DNA of 64,000 nt from the human T2T-CHM13v2.0 reference genome, Homo sapiens. The translations under genes were made by a program, and so were the position numbers. Within the stretch, counting starts at the first letter, position 1; each line of letters opens with the position of its first letter. The stretch lies in NCBI RefSeq assembly GCF_009914755.1, contig NC_060926.1. The stretch is one strand, 5' to 3'. The notes below the pieces were generated by a model that was given only the letters and a program-made list of their open reading frames with translations, did not search any database and was not told where the DNA came from. This document shows positions 32,805-45,920 of this stretch, one piece after another.

Positions 32805-35355
32805 AGCCATTTTTTTAAAATATAGTTCCCACACTTCTCCTGTAATAATTCTGATTTCCTAGGTAGAGAATGGGTCTTTCAAATATGCAGATTCCCAGGC
32901 CCTGTGCCAGACAAGCTAAATCAGTATTACCTAGGGAGGGGAGCGGGAATTGGTTCTTTTTAAAACATCCCCAAGTGGCTCTACTGTACAGCCTGGTTGG
33001 GAACTGCTGAACTGGAGTATTCTATTTTCCAGTCCAAATCTCCACTTGCCCCCTCTACCTGTCTCCCCCTGTTCTACCCACCGCAGCCACCAAGGCACCC
33101 AGGGCTTCTTCCTCAAGGCACCTGCTCAATGTTTGAAAAATAAAAGACAGCTTCTTCCCTTAAGTCTTTTCTTTTTAAGACTAAAAAGAACATCACCGCA
33201 AGAGAAAGAGTGATTTGCCTGCTAGGAGCCTCCAGAAATTAGGCTCAAAATAGTATTTGCTTCAGGAACTCTTTTATTATTATTCAGAAACAAAGTGTTG
33301 AAAGTATAGGGAAAATGCAAACTGATTTGTTTCACCTGTGTATCAATGGATTCAAAATACTGAAGACTTTCTTTTCCCAGAGTCAGTTTTGTTCTGCAAG
33401 TGACCCTGTGGAAAATCAAAGAAGGAAGTGGTTCAGGCAGATCCCTGAACTACCCCCAAGTGGGGTCACCTTGTGATAGGTCTGGGTTCCTGGCACCTCT
33501 TGAGAGGGAAGGGGTTCCATCCTGCAGAGACGGCCTCCCCACAGAACTGCACCACCGTGAGGTGAGATGTGTGGCTTCATCAGGGCTCAGCTCTGGATCT
33601 GGGAAAATGGATCATCTGTAGATTCATGTCTTGGGAACCTAATTGGAGTGGAAAGCCGAGAAGGAAAGCCGGGGGCTGCAAATGTGTAAATCTCATCCCT
33701 CAATTACAGGTCTGGCCTGTGAGAATTAACTAGTACAAGGAAGGAAAGACTTGAAGAGCGATAGTTACCTGTGAGCAGCAGCTAAAATCACAATGGCATC
33801 ATGTTAAAAGCAGGTGCTTGCACCTTACACTGGATTTATCTTTTCACTGGTCAAGAATTGGTCCAGTTAGCTCCAAATGGAGTGCTGAGTTTCTCCAAGG
33901 GGCATTCCCTTTGTGTGCTGACCTCATTTCTTCATGACAAGCTTGATGTTTAGCAGGGGCTTAATATCAAATGCTGGAGAAATAAAGATGGATGTGAAAG
34001 TCAATCACCAGATGTAAATAATGTTTATTTATCCTTGGTGGAGACAGTCCACCTAAAACTGCCAGGTCTCAAAACCTCATTGCTGCCTGAGAGAAAGAGA
34101 AGGGGACAGGTTAAAAATTCCAGCCATGTATATGGCATCTTCCACCTAATATAGGTGGCACAGGTAGAAAATATCAGAGGCAGGGCTCGAACTCCAACTC
34201 TCTAGATTCTAGCTAAAGTTTCCTTCAAAAAGATGAGCTTCTTGTTGAAGGCAAAAGGCACTATACATCAGGGCACACCAGGATCCAAGAGCCTCATATC
34301 CTCAGGCCTCAGAGTGCCCATTCTAAAAGTAGTACCCCTCCTGTGTGGGGTTAATGTGGTTGGTGGTTACTCTGGCTTTGTTTCTAAGAGTTTCTTGGGT
34401 CATATCCTCCATGGAGGAGCGAATTTCTAGGGAGATAGAGCCTGGTGCCTCCTCTTTCCATCAGCAAATCTCATCCCAGACTTCTATATTCATAGGCCTG
34501 GCATTAAGACTTAACACTTAAGATTCTGGAGTCAGGGCAAGAGGTATAGCAATGCATACTGAGGATAGGGCATTTCTTTTGGAAGGAAGAGGAGACTAAG
34601 GCTCTTTGACCCCAGGAATATTGGACAAGAGAGAATGGATGGGGAAGGAGAAGTGCAGCTTAAGAATGCAGAAAGAGGAGAGGTCATACATGAAAACTAC
34701 CAGGGATGTGACTCCGCACATCATGTTCCAAAACACTCAGGGCAAAACTGAGACACGAAGCCCTCTACAGCTTGTAGCTGTGTGCCTTCTCCTGCGGCTC
34801 TTCATTTTACCTCTCAGATTCCTTCAATTACTAAGGGAAAATCTCAGAGGCACACCAAGCATAGGGGTGAGGGAGAAGGAAGGATGATGTGGCAAGGGAC
34901 CTGGAAGGAGGAGGCTCAGGGAAGGCTAAAGAGCAGACAGGGGAAGAGGCCTGGCCTGTAGGGTGGCAGCAAAAGGAGATGCGGTCTCACGGACCCCTTG
35001 CTAGCCAATATGGTGACCTTGTGCAAGTTGCAAAAGAAGAAATGGGCATTGCTTTCTCAAGACACTTTATGGCCATCTGCTGGAAAATTCTTATAATGGT
35101 GATATAAACTTAGGATGACAATGAATGTGAATCTTGCTCCCTGGGGTTGTGTAGGCACATTGCACAAGCAGGGGTGGAGCCCTGCCTCTCAGGGCTCAGA
35201 GCAGAACCACTCAGGGGTGTGCCCACCAAGGTCAAAGCAAGACCCCAGTATTAATCATTATTAATAATTAGAGCAACAGCACCTGGAACCTGGGAAAGTT
35301 CAGACTTTCCCTTTAGGGTTCCCTTCAGCTCTTGCTCAGATAAAGTTACCTTGTT

Positions 35356-36032
35356 CCACAAGGAGGAAGGGAAAGGGGTACTAGGGCAGGGAACCAGGAC
35401 TGGAATTCTGAGGTCGTTGTCTCTGATTCTACTTACATTGCTTCTTGCCAGCCTCTCCCTGTCCCAGTCAGTTCTGCTGTTTCAGACACTTCTTTCTACG
35501 TTCACACCGACATTTACAATCTTCCTTGCAAAGATGCAGCAAAAAGATGCTCAGAGGACAGGACACACTTCATCTGGATGTAAGATTTTGCTGTGGGGGA
35601 CAGGGGATATGGGATTTGTCTGCCCCAGCCCTCTGTTTACAGATGGTGAAACTAAGGCACATTGAGAAAAAGGTCCTTGCGCTATTCCTCATTTTCCACT
35701 GATGGGGAGCCAGGATTAACTTGAACCTCTTAACTCCCTGATCAAGAGCCCCCCAAACTGCATTTAGGGGCTTCAAAGTACACAAAGCTGCTCAGTTCCA
35801 GGAGAGAGAGAAGTTGTGCTTGAAGGTTCACAGGAGCCACAAGCAGGACTTGACCCATTAAGGCCCAGGCCTGTAGCCCACAGGCACCTGCCACAGGAAG
35901 AAGGGAAAGAGGTATTAGGGCAATGAACCAGGACTGGAATTCTGAGGTCCTTGTCTCTGATTCTGCTTACATTCCTTCTTGCCAGCCTCTCCCTGTCCCA
36001 GTCTGTTCTGCTGTTTCAGACACTTGCTTCTA
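35356..36032. repeat. Dispersed ~142-bp direct repeat (35356-35498 and 35891-36032)
   Basis: About 90% identical by eye; shared core gaaccaggactggaattctgaggtc...ctgtttcagacactt. Confidence 0.92.
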
Positions 36033-37771
36033 GGTTCTATGTTCAACACACACCAGCAGAAACTGACCACCCAAACTCAATGACACACAGGCACGCACAG
36101 GTACACATAACATGTGTTTGCATGGGCTATTCTGAAGAGTGACAGCTCCCATGTATCGAACTGCTCTAATGTGCAGGCTCTGTACTGGGTAATTTATAGC
36201 ATTAGCCCCACCTCACAGTTAGGAAACTGAGGCTTGAAAAGAGAAGTAACACACCAAAAATCACACAAATACTGTGTGATTTGAGTGTCAGGGTGAGGTC
36301 TCAAACTGCCTGTCCACAAAGTCCATGTTCTCTCAATTATGCCATGATGTCTCATACGGAGGTACATTGTAATACTGATAATATGTAATGTTAATAGAAA
36401 ATGGTTCTAATATAGATATATGATGATGATGATGATGACCATGATGATGATGAAAATCATAGCTAAGTTTTAAGGTATTATTCTAAGCCACTCATTGTTC
36501 TGAGATCTTTCCATGACCAACCCATTTAATCTTCACCAGTAACACTATGAATACAGCTGGGCAAATGTCTGGAGGCCCCACAGCTTGTAAGTAAAGGAGC
36601 CTGGATGTGCTCTCAGTCATACAACCTCTTGTGGATCCAGATCAGGAGGAGACTTGTGTTCAGCACACCTTGGGCTCTGGATTCAGCCCTGAGGAATGAC
36701 CCTTCCATCCTTCCAGGTAGGCTGTCTTGGGACAGCTGGCTCTCCTGGGAGGGCTGTCTCTCATAAGGCCACGGTTCTCAACCCCTGCTCACCTTTGCTG
36801 AATTTGCAGCTCGTCAGTCAGCTCAAAGGCAGAGCTTTGGGTCTCCTGGGAGGGGACCACCAGCAACGCCAGCCCTAGACGTTCAGCATCCCCAGGGAAG
36901 GGAGAAAAGGCAGTCAGCGCTGCTTGCTTGTTCAACACCTGAGAGCTTTGGCTGTCCAGAGCACAAAGGCACAAGGCCATTTTCCAGGCGGCTGAGCTCG
37001 AGGCCTAGGGGAGACAAGGCTGCTGACTGCTAACGGGGCTGTCCCCAGCAAGGCACTGAGTCTCTCTCTTCCCTCCCCACCCCATCACTGCACCTGGCCT
37101 CCCCGGCTTTTGTCTTCACACCCTCCCCTTTCCTCCCGAGACAGCCTCTCTCCAGCCCCTCTCTTTCAGCAGATCAATCCATTTTGTATGAGCAGAAGAG
37201 TGAGGAAGAGATCAAGCTACAGAGACTGAATGCACGGCCCGATAAGAGAAGCAAGAAGAACCATCTGTGGCACAAGGGGCTGTGGAGGGGATAATAGCCC
37301 AGACCCTGTGTTCTGTTCGGCCACACAATGGGCCGAATCCAGCAGGCGCCCTCCTGGTCTCTAATCTAGTGGGAAGGGCATATGTGCAGTCTATTAGCAT
37401 TTATTTTCCCTTTCTGCATTGTACTGATAACCTAGTTTCCGACCCAACCTCTCGCTTTTCTTTTCACTCCACATTACAATTCTGCTTTCTTAAAATCCTA
37501 TTCAGCTATATTAAAAAAAAAAAAAAAAAAAAAAAACTTGAACTCTAGGTTTTCAAAGCGCATCAGTAATTTTTTTCCCAACTGAACCAAGGTGACTCCT
37601 ACAAAGAATTTACCATTCTGGATCATAATGATGGTTCAAGAGCTGCGGGATGGGTAGCATTCCTCAGGCTGTATTTATAAATTCACTAATAGAAATCAAC
37701 ATAAAGGATGAGCTCAACAGTGAAAGATACAGCTGTCGCAGAAACCAGGTACCCAGGACAGGCGAATGCTC

Positions 37772-37841
37772 CCAATCAGCTCTCCTCTCCAAAGAGCCTG
37801 AAACTGAGCACATCACGCACTGACTCAGGCTGTGCCGCCCC
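37772..37841. promoter_or_regulatory. Candidate promoter/enhancer core: CCAAT, AP-1 and GC box
   Basis: ccaatca 37772-37778, tgactca 37821-37827, ccgcccc 37835-37841, with local CpG retention. Confidence 0.4.
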
Positions 37842-40800
37842 GTGATCGCACGGTGGTCAGCACTGTTATTCACCCTGTTATTTCTTTTTAACAGAATTTG
37901 TGCAAAGTAAAATGGGGAGTTTAATCAATAGTTAATGATTCTGAAAGCAGACATTTCATGAACTCCTCTTAAGCTCTTCTTCTGAGAAAACTAGCAAATT
38001 GCTTGTAATCATAGAAAGTGGCGTTCTCCACAGCCAATGCCTTTTGTTCATTACTGGAGCCTCCCAGACAGGAGTGAAACATATTGATCATTGGATGTTC
38101 TAAAACAACAATTGGATAAATGAGAAGACATCTGAGATGTGACCACTGTGTGGAATGTGGAGGTTGCATCTGAGTCTGAGCTTTATGCCATGCATGTGCT
38201 GCTTTCGTGTTGTCTATTTGTATTCCTTCTGTGACTCAGAATAACCCACCAACATAACAAAATGAATAGGCATTTCTAACCCAAGGGAAATCTCCTAGAC
38301 TCCACAGCTATGCAGTATGGTTGTGTAAACATTAAGAGAAATTCGGATTCACCACTTCATCTTAGGGAGTAATTTCTCATAGAAGTCTGACCTCCTGCCA
38401 CCCTTGATGGATACAGAAATCTCCAGGAAATTGGCCACATATGTGAGAGGACAAGAACATGGGATGAGGGACACCCCAACTCTGACCCAGGTACACTTTT
38501 TCTTTTCCTGGAAGGGTCCCAGCTTCCCAAGCATACAAGTGTGAAGGGGATGAAAGATTGATTGCAAAGACCCCCGTGCCTGACACTAGTGTTATGTTGA
38601 CCCAGGGAAGTGGAGGAGGAAATGTCCTGGCTGGGGGTGACAAAGAAGGGCATAGCACTTGAGCCATGACTCCTTCCAGTCAAAATAGTCCTTGGCAGAT
38701 GACCCTAAAAACCAAATTAGCAGGTCTTAATTTTGAGTCATGTCTCCAAGAGTGGTGGCTGTGGTTAACACTAGCTGGGCACCCTCTCTTCACCATATTT
38801 TTTTTAAAACATCTGGGACATAACCAGAGAATAAGGAAGATGCTGGGTTGTGGTATGATGTGACCAGGCCTACGTGGGGACCAGGTACTGGCTCTGAAAT
38901 CTCCATGTGCCCATTTAGAACTGGAGACTGATCCCAGGCTGATTATAAAAGAAGGGCACTAGGGAAGTGCTTGCTACCTGCCTGTTCATAGGAGGGTCTG
39001 TAGAAATCCAGATTGACCAGGGTCTCAGGTTCAGAGACCCACGGAAACCAGGCAGGTCATGCAAATTAGTGAAATGGGCTGGGACAGAATCTTCCTTGGC
39101 CACCTGGAGAATAGCACCTTGACTCAAGGGCAGCCACTTCTCAACTCTAGCATCAGAATGTTGTTAGACAGGAATGCACATCCTGTGTTGCCAGACAACC
39201 CACACTTTCAAGAGATACAGAAAATCCACTTTGTTTTATGTTTTCAAGTAACTCAACAATTTTATAACACTGTACAGGCCAGATCAGAACCTTAGACTGT
39301 CAGTAGGCAAACCTGGCCCAAAGAACATTAAATTCATGTTCTTTATCATTGCCAGGCATCTTTCCAGTATCTGTTTGGACCAATAAATTATTTCTCCAGT
39401 AAAATTAAGTAAATAATTCTGCCTCTCTGGAGCTTGGTGTCTCCAGTGTAGAACATATTCAATCCCTGACTACAATTCCAGATGTTTCTTTGGAGATTCA
39501 TTCAGTTATTCAAAGTGTCCTAAACACTAGAGAGACAAAGCTGATAGTCAAGATCTTTGCTCATATTCTACAGAAACAGTGAGGAGAGAGGGATAAAATA
39601 TATATCCATATGTACATATGTATATAAACACACTTACACATATATGCACACATACACATGCACATTGCACACACATGTGCATTCACAATGTGGATGGATT
39701 GGGGTATACATCGTAGGTAAAGCCAACAGGATTTGCACATGGTTTGGATATGGAGAATAAAACAAATTGTAAAAAAGTAAAGGTGGTGCTTAGAGCTGTG
39801 GCTTTGAAACAGGTGAATGAGGGCTAAGGAATTGGGGCTAAGGAAGTCTGAGGAAGAATCAAGAGTTCTGAATTGAACTTGTCCAGTCTTAGTTGGGTAT
39901 TAGACATCCAACTGGCAATATCAAGTAGGGCTCTGAAGACCATACTCAAAAAAATAGAAACAAGTTTGATGGCTTCCTCAAGACTACATAAGAAGTCAGT
40001 GGAAGTAGATTAAAAAATCTATGAAGATGCTTGTAACGTTAGTTGACAATCACCAAAGCTAGTAGCAAAATTGACCTGGGGTCAGAGTTTATGTTCTATA
40101 TCACCAGTATCTCAATCGTGTTATACTAGTAGTTCCAGATGATTTTTTTTTCTGATTGTATGATAAAGTTGTTGGAAATATGCCTCTTTTAACTTTTATG
40201 GATCTGTCTAGACATACTACTAAAGAAAGTGTTTCTATTCTTCTCTAGAAATAGGCCTGAAGTTTGCTCTTCCTGCTTCTTCATTATACACCAAACCCAA
40301 GTCCCAGAGAGTGGCTTTGATACCAGGAGCGTAGAACAGGAGCGTGGAGCGGAATGGCCTCTCCAGCCTGCATGCGTGCAGACACACACCCTCCTAAGTA
40401 CATTCTAGGTGAATGCTCACATCTGTGAGTGTCAAGAACTATGCAGTGATCTTTATTAATTAAAATTATTACTACACTATGAAAAATGGCTCATTACCTC
40501 TGGCATTGTAACCATGCCTACCTACCAGGTTTTTTTTTTTTTCCTCCTAATAGAGCTCAAGGGTTTACAGGAACAGTAGTACTCCTTGCAGTAGCTGTGA
40601 TTTTTGACAGGGTGCACACTTGCCACCTCCTCCTAATTAACCGAGCCCTTTTGCCCCCTACGCTACCTTGTCAGTGTCTAGTGGTCCCTCAGCACTCCTC
40701 CCAAAGGACACTGTGGGATGTCAAGTTACCATGAGGAGTAGAGCCTCAAACCCAAACAAAGGCAGATTGGACTTCCAGAATAAATCAAACCCCACTTAGA

Positions 40801-41399
40801 GTAGAAGTTGTTCTTATGTCAAATGGGTGGTGAATACTGGGGAACATTTAGACCAGTTGTCACTGACTACAGAAAAAATAAGAATAGAAAAGGACCTAGA
40901 TAGTTCTTCCACTTTACAAAACTATCCCCCTTCTTCCCCAGAGAATGGGCCTTGCCTTCATAGAAAGGGGCAAAAGGAGTGCCTTGGTCTCTGCTGTGCT
41001 GAAGAACTGGTTCAAATTACTGCTCAAAGTCAGAGAGAAAATAACTTGCTTTATTAAACCTTCCTAGCCAAAAATCAGCCTATTCAGATTAATATGCCTC
41101 TAGGTATTGCTTTCCAAATGTTAGGAGCAATGACCTGGAAAAATGAAAAGCTTTATTTAAGAATGTTGATGTCTGCATCTATATGGCTGGATCTTTAGCT
41201 GTCAGAAGAAAGAAACAACTATTGGTTGGAGTTAAATAATCTTTCACCGTCCAGATATGAAACGTGCTATTGCCTCAGTGAACGCTTCTAGAGAGTAGAG
41301 CTGTAAAGTATGAATGTCTGTTTAGGATGTAGAGTCACAAGGGGATGTTACTGCCATTCTAACATTGGAAGAAGCCAAATAGGCTATAAAATTATAGTT

Positions 41400-44300
41400 T
41401 TTAAGCTCATTAGAGAGCCAAGGATGTCAATAAACCTAAATGAGTTAAATTCCAGAAAGCAATGAGCCCTTTCTTGGAGAGTACAGACTTACAGCTGCTG
41501 TCGTCCCTAGTGGTGTGGTGAAAGAAGGAACACAAACCAAAGAATTTTATAAGCCTCCCATGGCCATGTGTGAGCTGGTAAAGACGAGAGGTCCATGGGA
41601 TCCCTTTCAGAGAATAACTCGGTATCCAGCCCCCAAACATTTCCCACAGACCTAGAACAAGTGTATGGGAGTAGTGTATTAAAGATTGGGGCAGGCCAGA
41701 GACCTGAAAGATATCTCCCCTCCCAAGGCACATGAGGCCCTCTCTAAGTGCAACACACTGAGACGCATTGCAGGTGGGGAGGGGCAGGGAAAGAGAACTG
41801 CAAAAATCTCCCTGAGACACCATAGACTTGCATCCAGTGATCAGAACAGCCGACTAAAGCTGGGACCGAGTAGGCAGAGGAAACCCCTTTAAAACTGTGA
41901 AGCTCTTCACATAGTGTCCTGCAGTAGCCATCCAAAGGCCAGGAGTGGGGTAGCCTGATGGGAAGAGACTTCCCAAGGAATAGAAAGCCAGGGGTGGGAC
42001 TGGAAAAAAAATACAAAATTTTTCAGTGACCCAAAAAGTTGGCGATAGGGTTGGAAAATGGAGTTTCTCATTGTTCAGAAACCTATAAGGCTTAAAGAGA
42101 TCTCCAAATCTCACCTCCTCTCAGATTGCAAGCCCTGCTGGAGGGAGAGTCTTGATGACACCTTCAAAACATTTAAAGCTAGAAGGAAATTAAATCTGAC
42201 CAAAGCTGCAACAAAGCCAAGGCTCAGCTCAACTCCATATGGGATTAACTCACCCTTCCGCAGTCCCAGCCTTGCAGGAAAAGGGGTGTGCTCTTTTTGG
42301 GGATAAAGTTTATTCTACACCTTCAGTCCTTTTATATGTATGTTTTTGCACACAGTAAAAAACTTAGGAGACACACAAAGAACCGAGAAAGTTTTACCAT
42401 GGTCCAAGAAAAGAGCCATGAAATCAGATCCAGAGAAGGTCCAGTTGTTGGATTTATCATACAGGGAGTTTGGGGGAAAAAATGTATGATAAATACATTA
42501 AAGGATCCAAAAAATTGTGGACAATATGTGAAAAGATGGGGAATTTGTCTAGGGAGAGGGAAACTATAAAAGAGAACAAAATAGAAATGCTAAAAACAAA
42601 TAAAAGAACTACAATCTCAGAAATAGATAGTTCATTTGACAGGGTTACAAACTAGATATAGTACAAAAGAGGATTTGTCAACTAGAAAACAGGAAATTAT
42701 CCAAATTAAAATAGGTAGAGAGAAGACTGCAGAGAAAAAAAGAAACAGAGCATCTGAGATCTCTGAAATAATATCAGATGGTCTAACATATATGAAGTCA
42801 AAGTCCCAGGAAAAAAGATAGAATGAAGCAAAGGGAATATTTGAAAAGATGACAGCCAAGAATTCTACATCAACTGAAAGATTCAGAAAATCTCAATAAA
42901 CGACAAGCAGGGGCAAAACAAACCAAACCATCATCTTGGCAACCAGTCAAACTGCTGAAAATCAAAGGAAAGACATAGATCCACGACATTCATACATGAC
43001 AAAGAATGGCTGACTTCGTTAGAAACAGTGGAGTCCAGAAAACAATTTAATGAGATGTTTAATTAGACAAAAGCATTATAAGTCATGCTGGCCTTGAATT
43101 CTTTATCCAGCAAAATATCCTTGCAAAAATGAGGGTGGGATACAGACTTTTCCAGATAAACAAAATCTGAATTTTTTGCCAACAGATTTGCACTATAAGA
43201 AATATTAAAAGAAGTATTTCAGGCTGCAGGAAATGATACCAGATGGAAACTTGGATCTTTACAGAAGAATAAAGAAGATCATAAAAGCTTTAAAATGTGT
43301 GTAAATACTTTTCAGAGTTTTTTTCCTTTATTCTTTCTCTCTCATTTCTTTCTTTTTCTTTCTTCCCCTCTAAATCTATCCATAGACACACACACACACA
43401 CACACACACTTTTAACAACCTACAGACCATATAAAGCAAAAATTTTAAAAATGTATTATGGAATTAATACCATATGTAGAAGTAAAAAACATAGAAGAAC
43501 AAAGTGTAGGAAGGGTAAATGGAATTTTACTGTATAAATTTCTTACATTATTCATGAAATAATATTACAGGCTGAGTACCACTTATTTGAAATGTCTAGG
43601 ACCAGAAATGTTTTGGATTTCAGATTTTTTTGGATTTGGGAATATTTGCATATAAATAATAAGATATCTTGGGGATGGGACCCAAGTCTAAACACAAAAG
43701 TTCATTTACATTTCATATACACCTTATGTACATACCCTGAAGGTGATTTTTATGCAATATTTTTAATAATCTTGTGCAGGAAACAAACTTTTGACTCATT
43801 TTGACTGAGACCTGTCAAATGAGAGCAGGTGTGTAATTTTCTATTTGTGGCATCAAGTCAGCACTCAAAAAATGTTGGATTTTGAAGCACTTCAGATTTC
43901 AGATTTTTGGATCAGGGGTGCTCAACATGTAGTCCATAATTTCCAGAAGAGTTGGGGTTGAGCCATCCATAATTTTTAACGGGCAAAAATGGCACCATGG
44001 GAGTGGGAGACTGTGGTAAGTTAAAGATGAATAGTGTCATCACTACAACAATCATTTTAAAAATAGTACAAATAGGTATAACAAAAAGATCAATAGTAAA
44101 GGTACAATGGAATACTAAAAATGCTTCATTCACACAAAACAAGGAAGAATGAATAAAGGAGAAAAAGATAAAAAGATACAAAAGACAGAATGGAAAATAC
44201 AAAATAATAACATGATGTTAGACTTAAAAGCAATCATATCAGTAAGTATGCATATTAACTAAATGTTCTTTTTAAGAAGCAGAAATTATCAGACTGAATG

Positions 44301-45680
44301 AAAAGCAAGAAAAGCCTTTATGTTGCTTTCAGTAAACATAATTTTAATATAAAGACACAGATAGATTGAAAGTAAAATATGGAAAACAATATACTATACA
44401 AACATTAAGTATAAGAAAAATAGTGTAGCTATATTAAAGTAGACTTCAAGACACAGAATTCTAGTAGAGATATAAAAGGACATTTTATTATTATAAAAGT
44501 TTCAGTCCATTAAAGATATATAAACATCTTAAATGTGTATGCACCTTAAAACAGAGCTTTAAAATATCTGAAGCAAAAAGTGGCTGTGCTAAAAAGATAA
44601 ATAGACAAATCCACAAAGATAAATGGAGACTTTAAATTCTCTTCTCTCAATAGTTGATAGAACAAGTTGAAGAAAAAAAAGGAGAGAGCAGATAGAAGAT
44701 CTGCACAACTCAATCAACCAGCTTCATGGAACTGACATTTATAAAACAGACCAAAAACTGTAAAATATACATTTTTTTGCAAGTGCACAGAAAATGTCCC
44801 AAAAAACCATATGCTAGGCCATTAGAAAGTCTCAATAAATTTCAAAAGACCAATAACATAAAGAGTATATTCTCTGGTGACAACGGCATTAAATTAGATA
44901 CTAATCTCAATAGCACACCAAGAAAATCACCCCAATATTTGGAAATTAAACATACTGCTAAATAGTCCAAAGATCAAAGAATAAATTACAAAAGAAAGCA
45001 CAGAATATTTTCAGTGGAATGTTAACAATTTCAAATTGTGTAGGCTATACCTAAAGCAGTGCTAACAGGGAAATGTATAGCTTCAGAAGCCTATCTCAGG
45101 AAACAGGAAACACATTAGAGCAATCATCTAAACCACGACCTTAAGAGGCTAAGAAATGAAGAGTAAATTAAACCCAGAGTAGGTACAAGAAATAAGACAA
45201 TAAATAGATGACAAATAAATGCAACGGAAAGAGACAACCAATAAAGACAATCAGCAAAGTCAGAGGTTGTTTTTTGGAAAAAGTTAATAATGTTGATAAT
45301 CTCCTCAGTTTGAATGATCAAGAAGTAAAGGAGAAAGTAAACCACAAATTGCCAGTATCAGAAGTACAATAAGGAAGATCTTCAGAGATCCTATAGACAA
45401 ATATAATAAAAGGAGCAACTTTATGCCTCCAAATTTGACTTAGATAAAAGAGAAACATTTGTTGAAAGCTCAACCTAAAATGTACACAAGAAGAATTTTA
45501 AAATATAAACAGCCCCGTATCTATGAAACAAATTGATTTGTCATCAAAACTATGAATTTTGTTAAACACTAAGGAGGAAGGAGTGCCAAACTTAACACAA
45601 ACACTTCCAGAAAATAAAGAAGAAGGAACAAATCCCACCTTGCTTGATAAAGCCAGCATGACCCTGATATCAAAATCATT
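41400..45680 (+). mobile_element. Ancient L1M(E) 5' portion: 5' region, ORF1 and ORF2 N-terminus
   Basis: ORF1-like 42400-43280; EN-like aatgtgtatgcacc...acagagctttaaaata near 44530; ends gccagcatgaccctgatatcaaaa; 5' boundary uncertain. Confidence 0.7.
43568..43929. mobile_element. Tigger4-type (Tc-mariner) MITE
   Basis: TIRs caggctgagtacc and ggtgctcaacatg; TA TSD on both sides. Confidence 0.85.
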
Positions 45681-45689
45681 TGGTATCAG

Positions 45690-45920
45690 TTTTTAACCAG
45701 GCGTATTTTTCCAACTGCTTTACCTAAACTAACCCTATCTAATCCTCACAATAGCCCTAAACTGTAAATATTCATTATTATCCCTATTTTACAAATGAGA
45801 AAACAGAGGCACAGAGAGGTTAGAAACTTGCCCAAGGCCACACAGTTATTAAGCAGTGGGACCACGAGACTAATACAAGCCAACTGTTTCTCAAGTCTAC
45901 TTCCTAAGCACCACACTATA
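45690..45920 (-). mobile_element. MIR
   Basis: attttacaaatgagaaaacagaggcacagagaggttagaaacttgcccaaggccacacag. Confidence 0.85.

Noticed and set aside
35356-36032. Paired LTRs of a mini-element, or a CRISPR-like array
   Set aside because: No TG...CA ends, PBS or TSD; only two copies; eukaryotic context.
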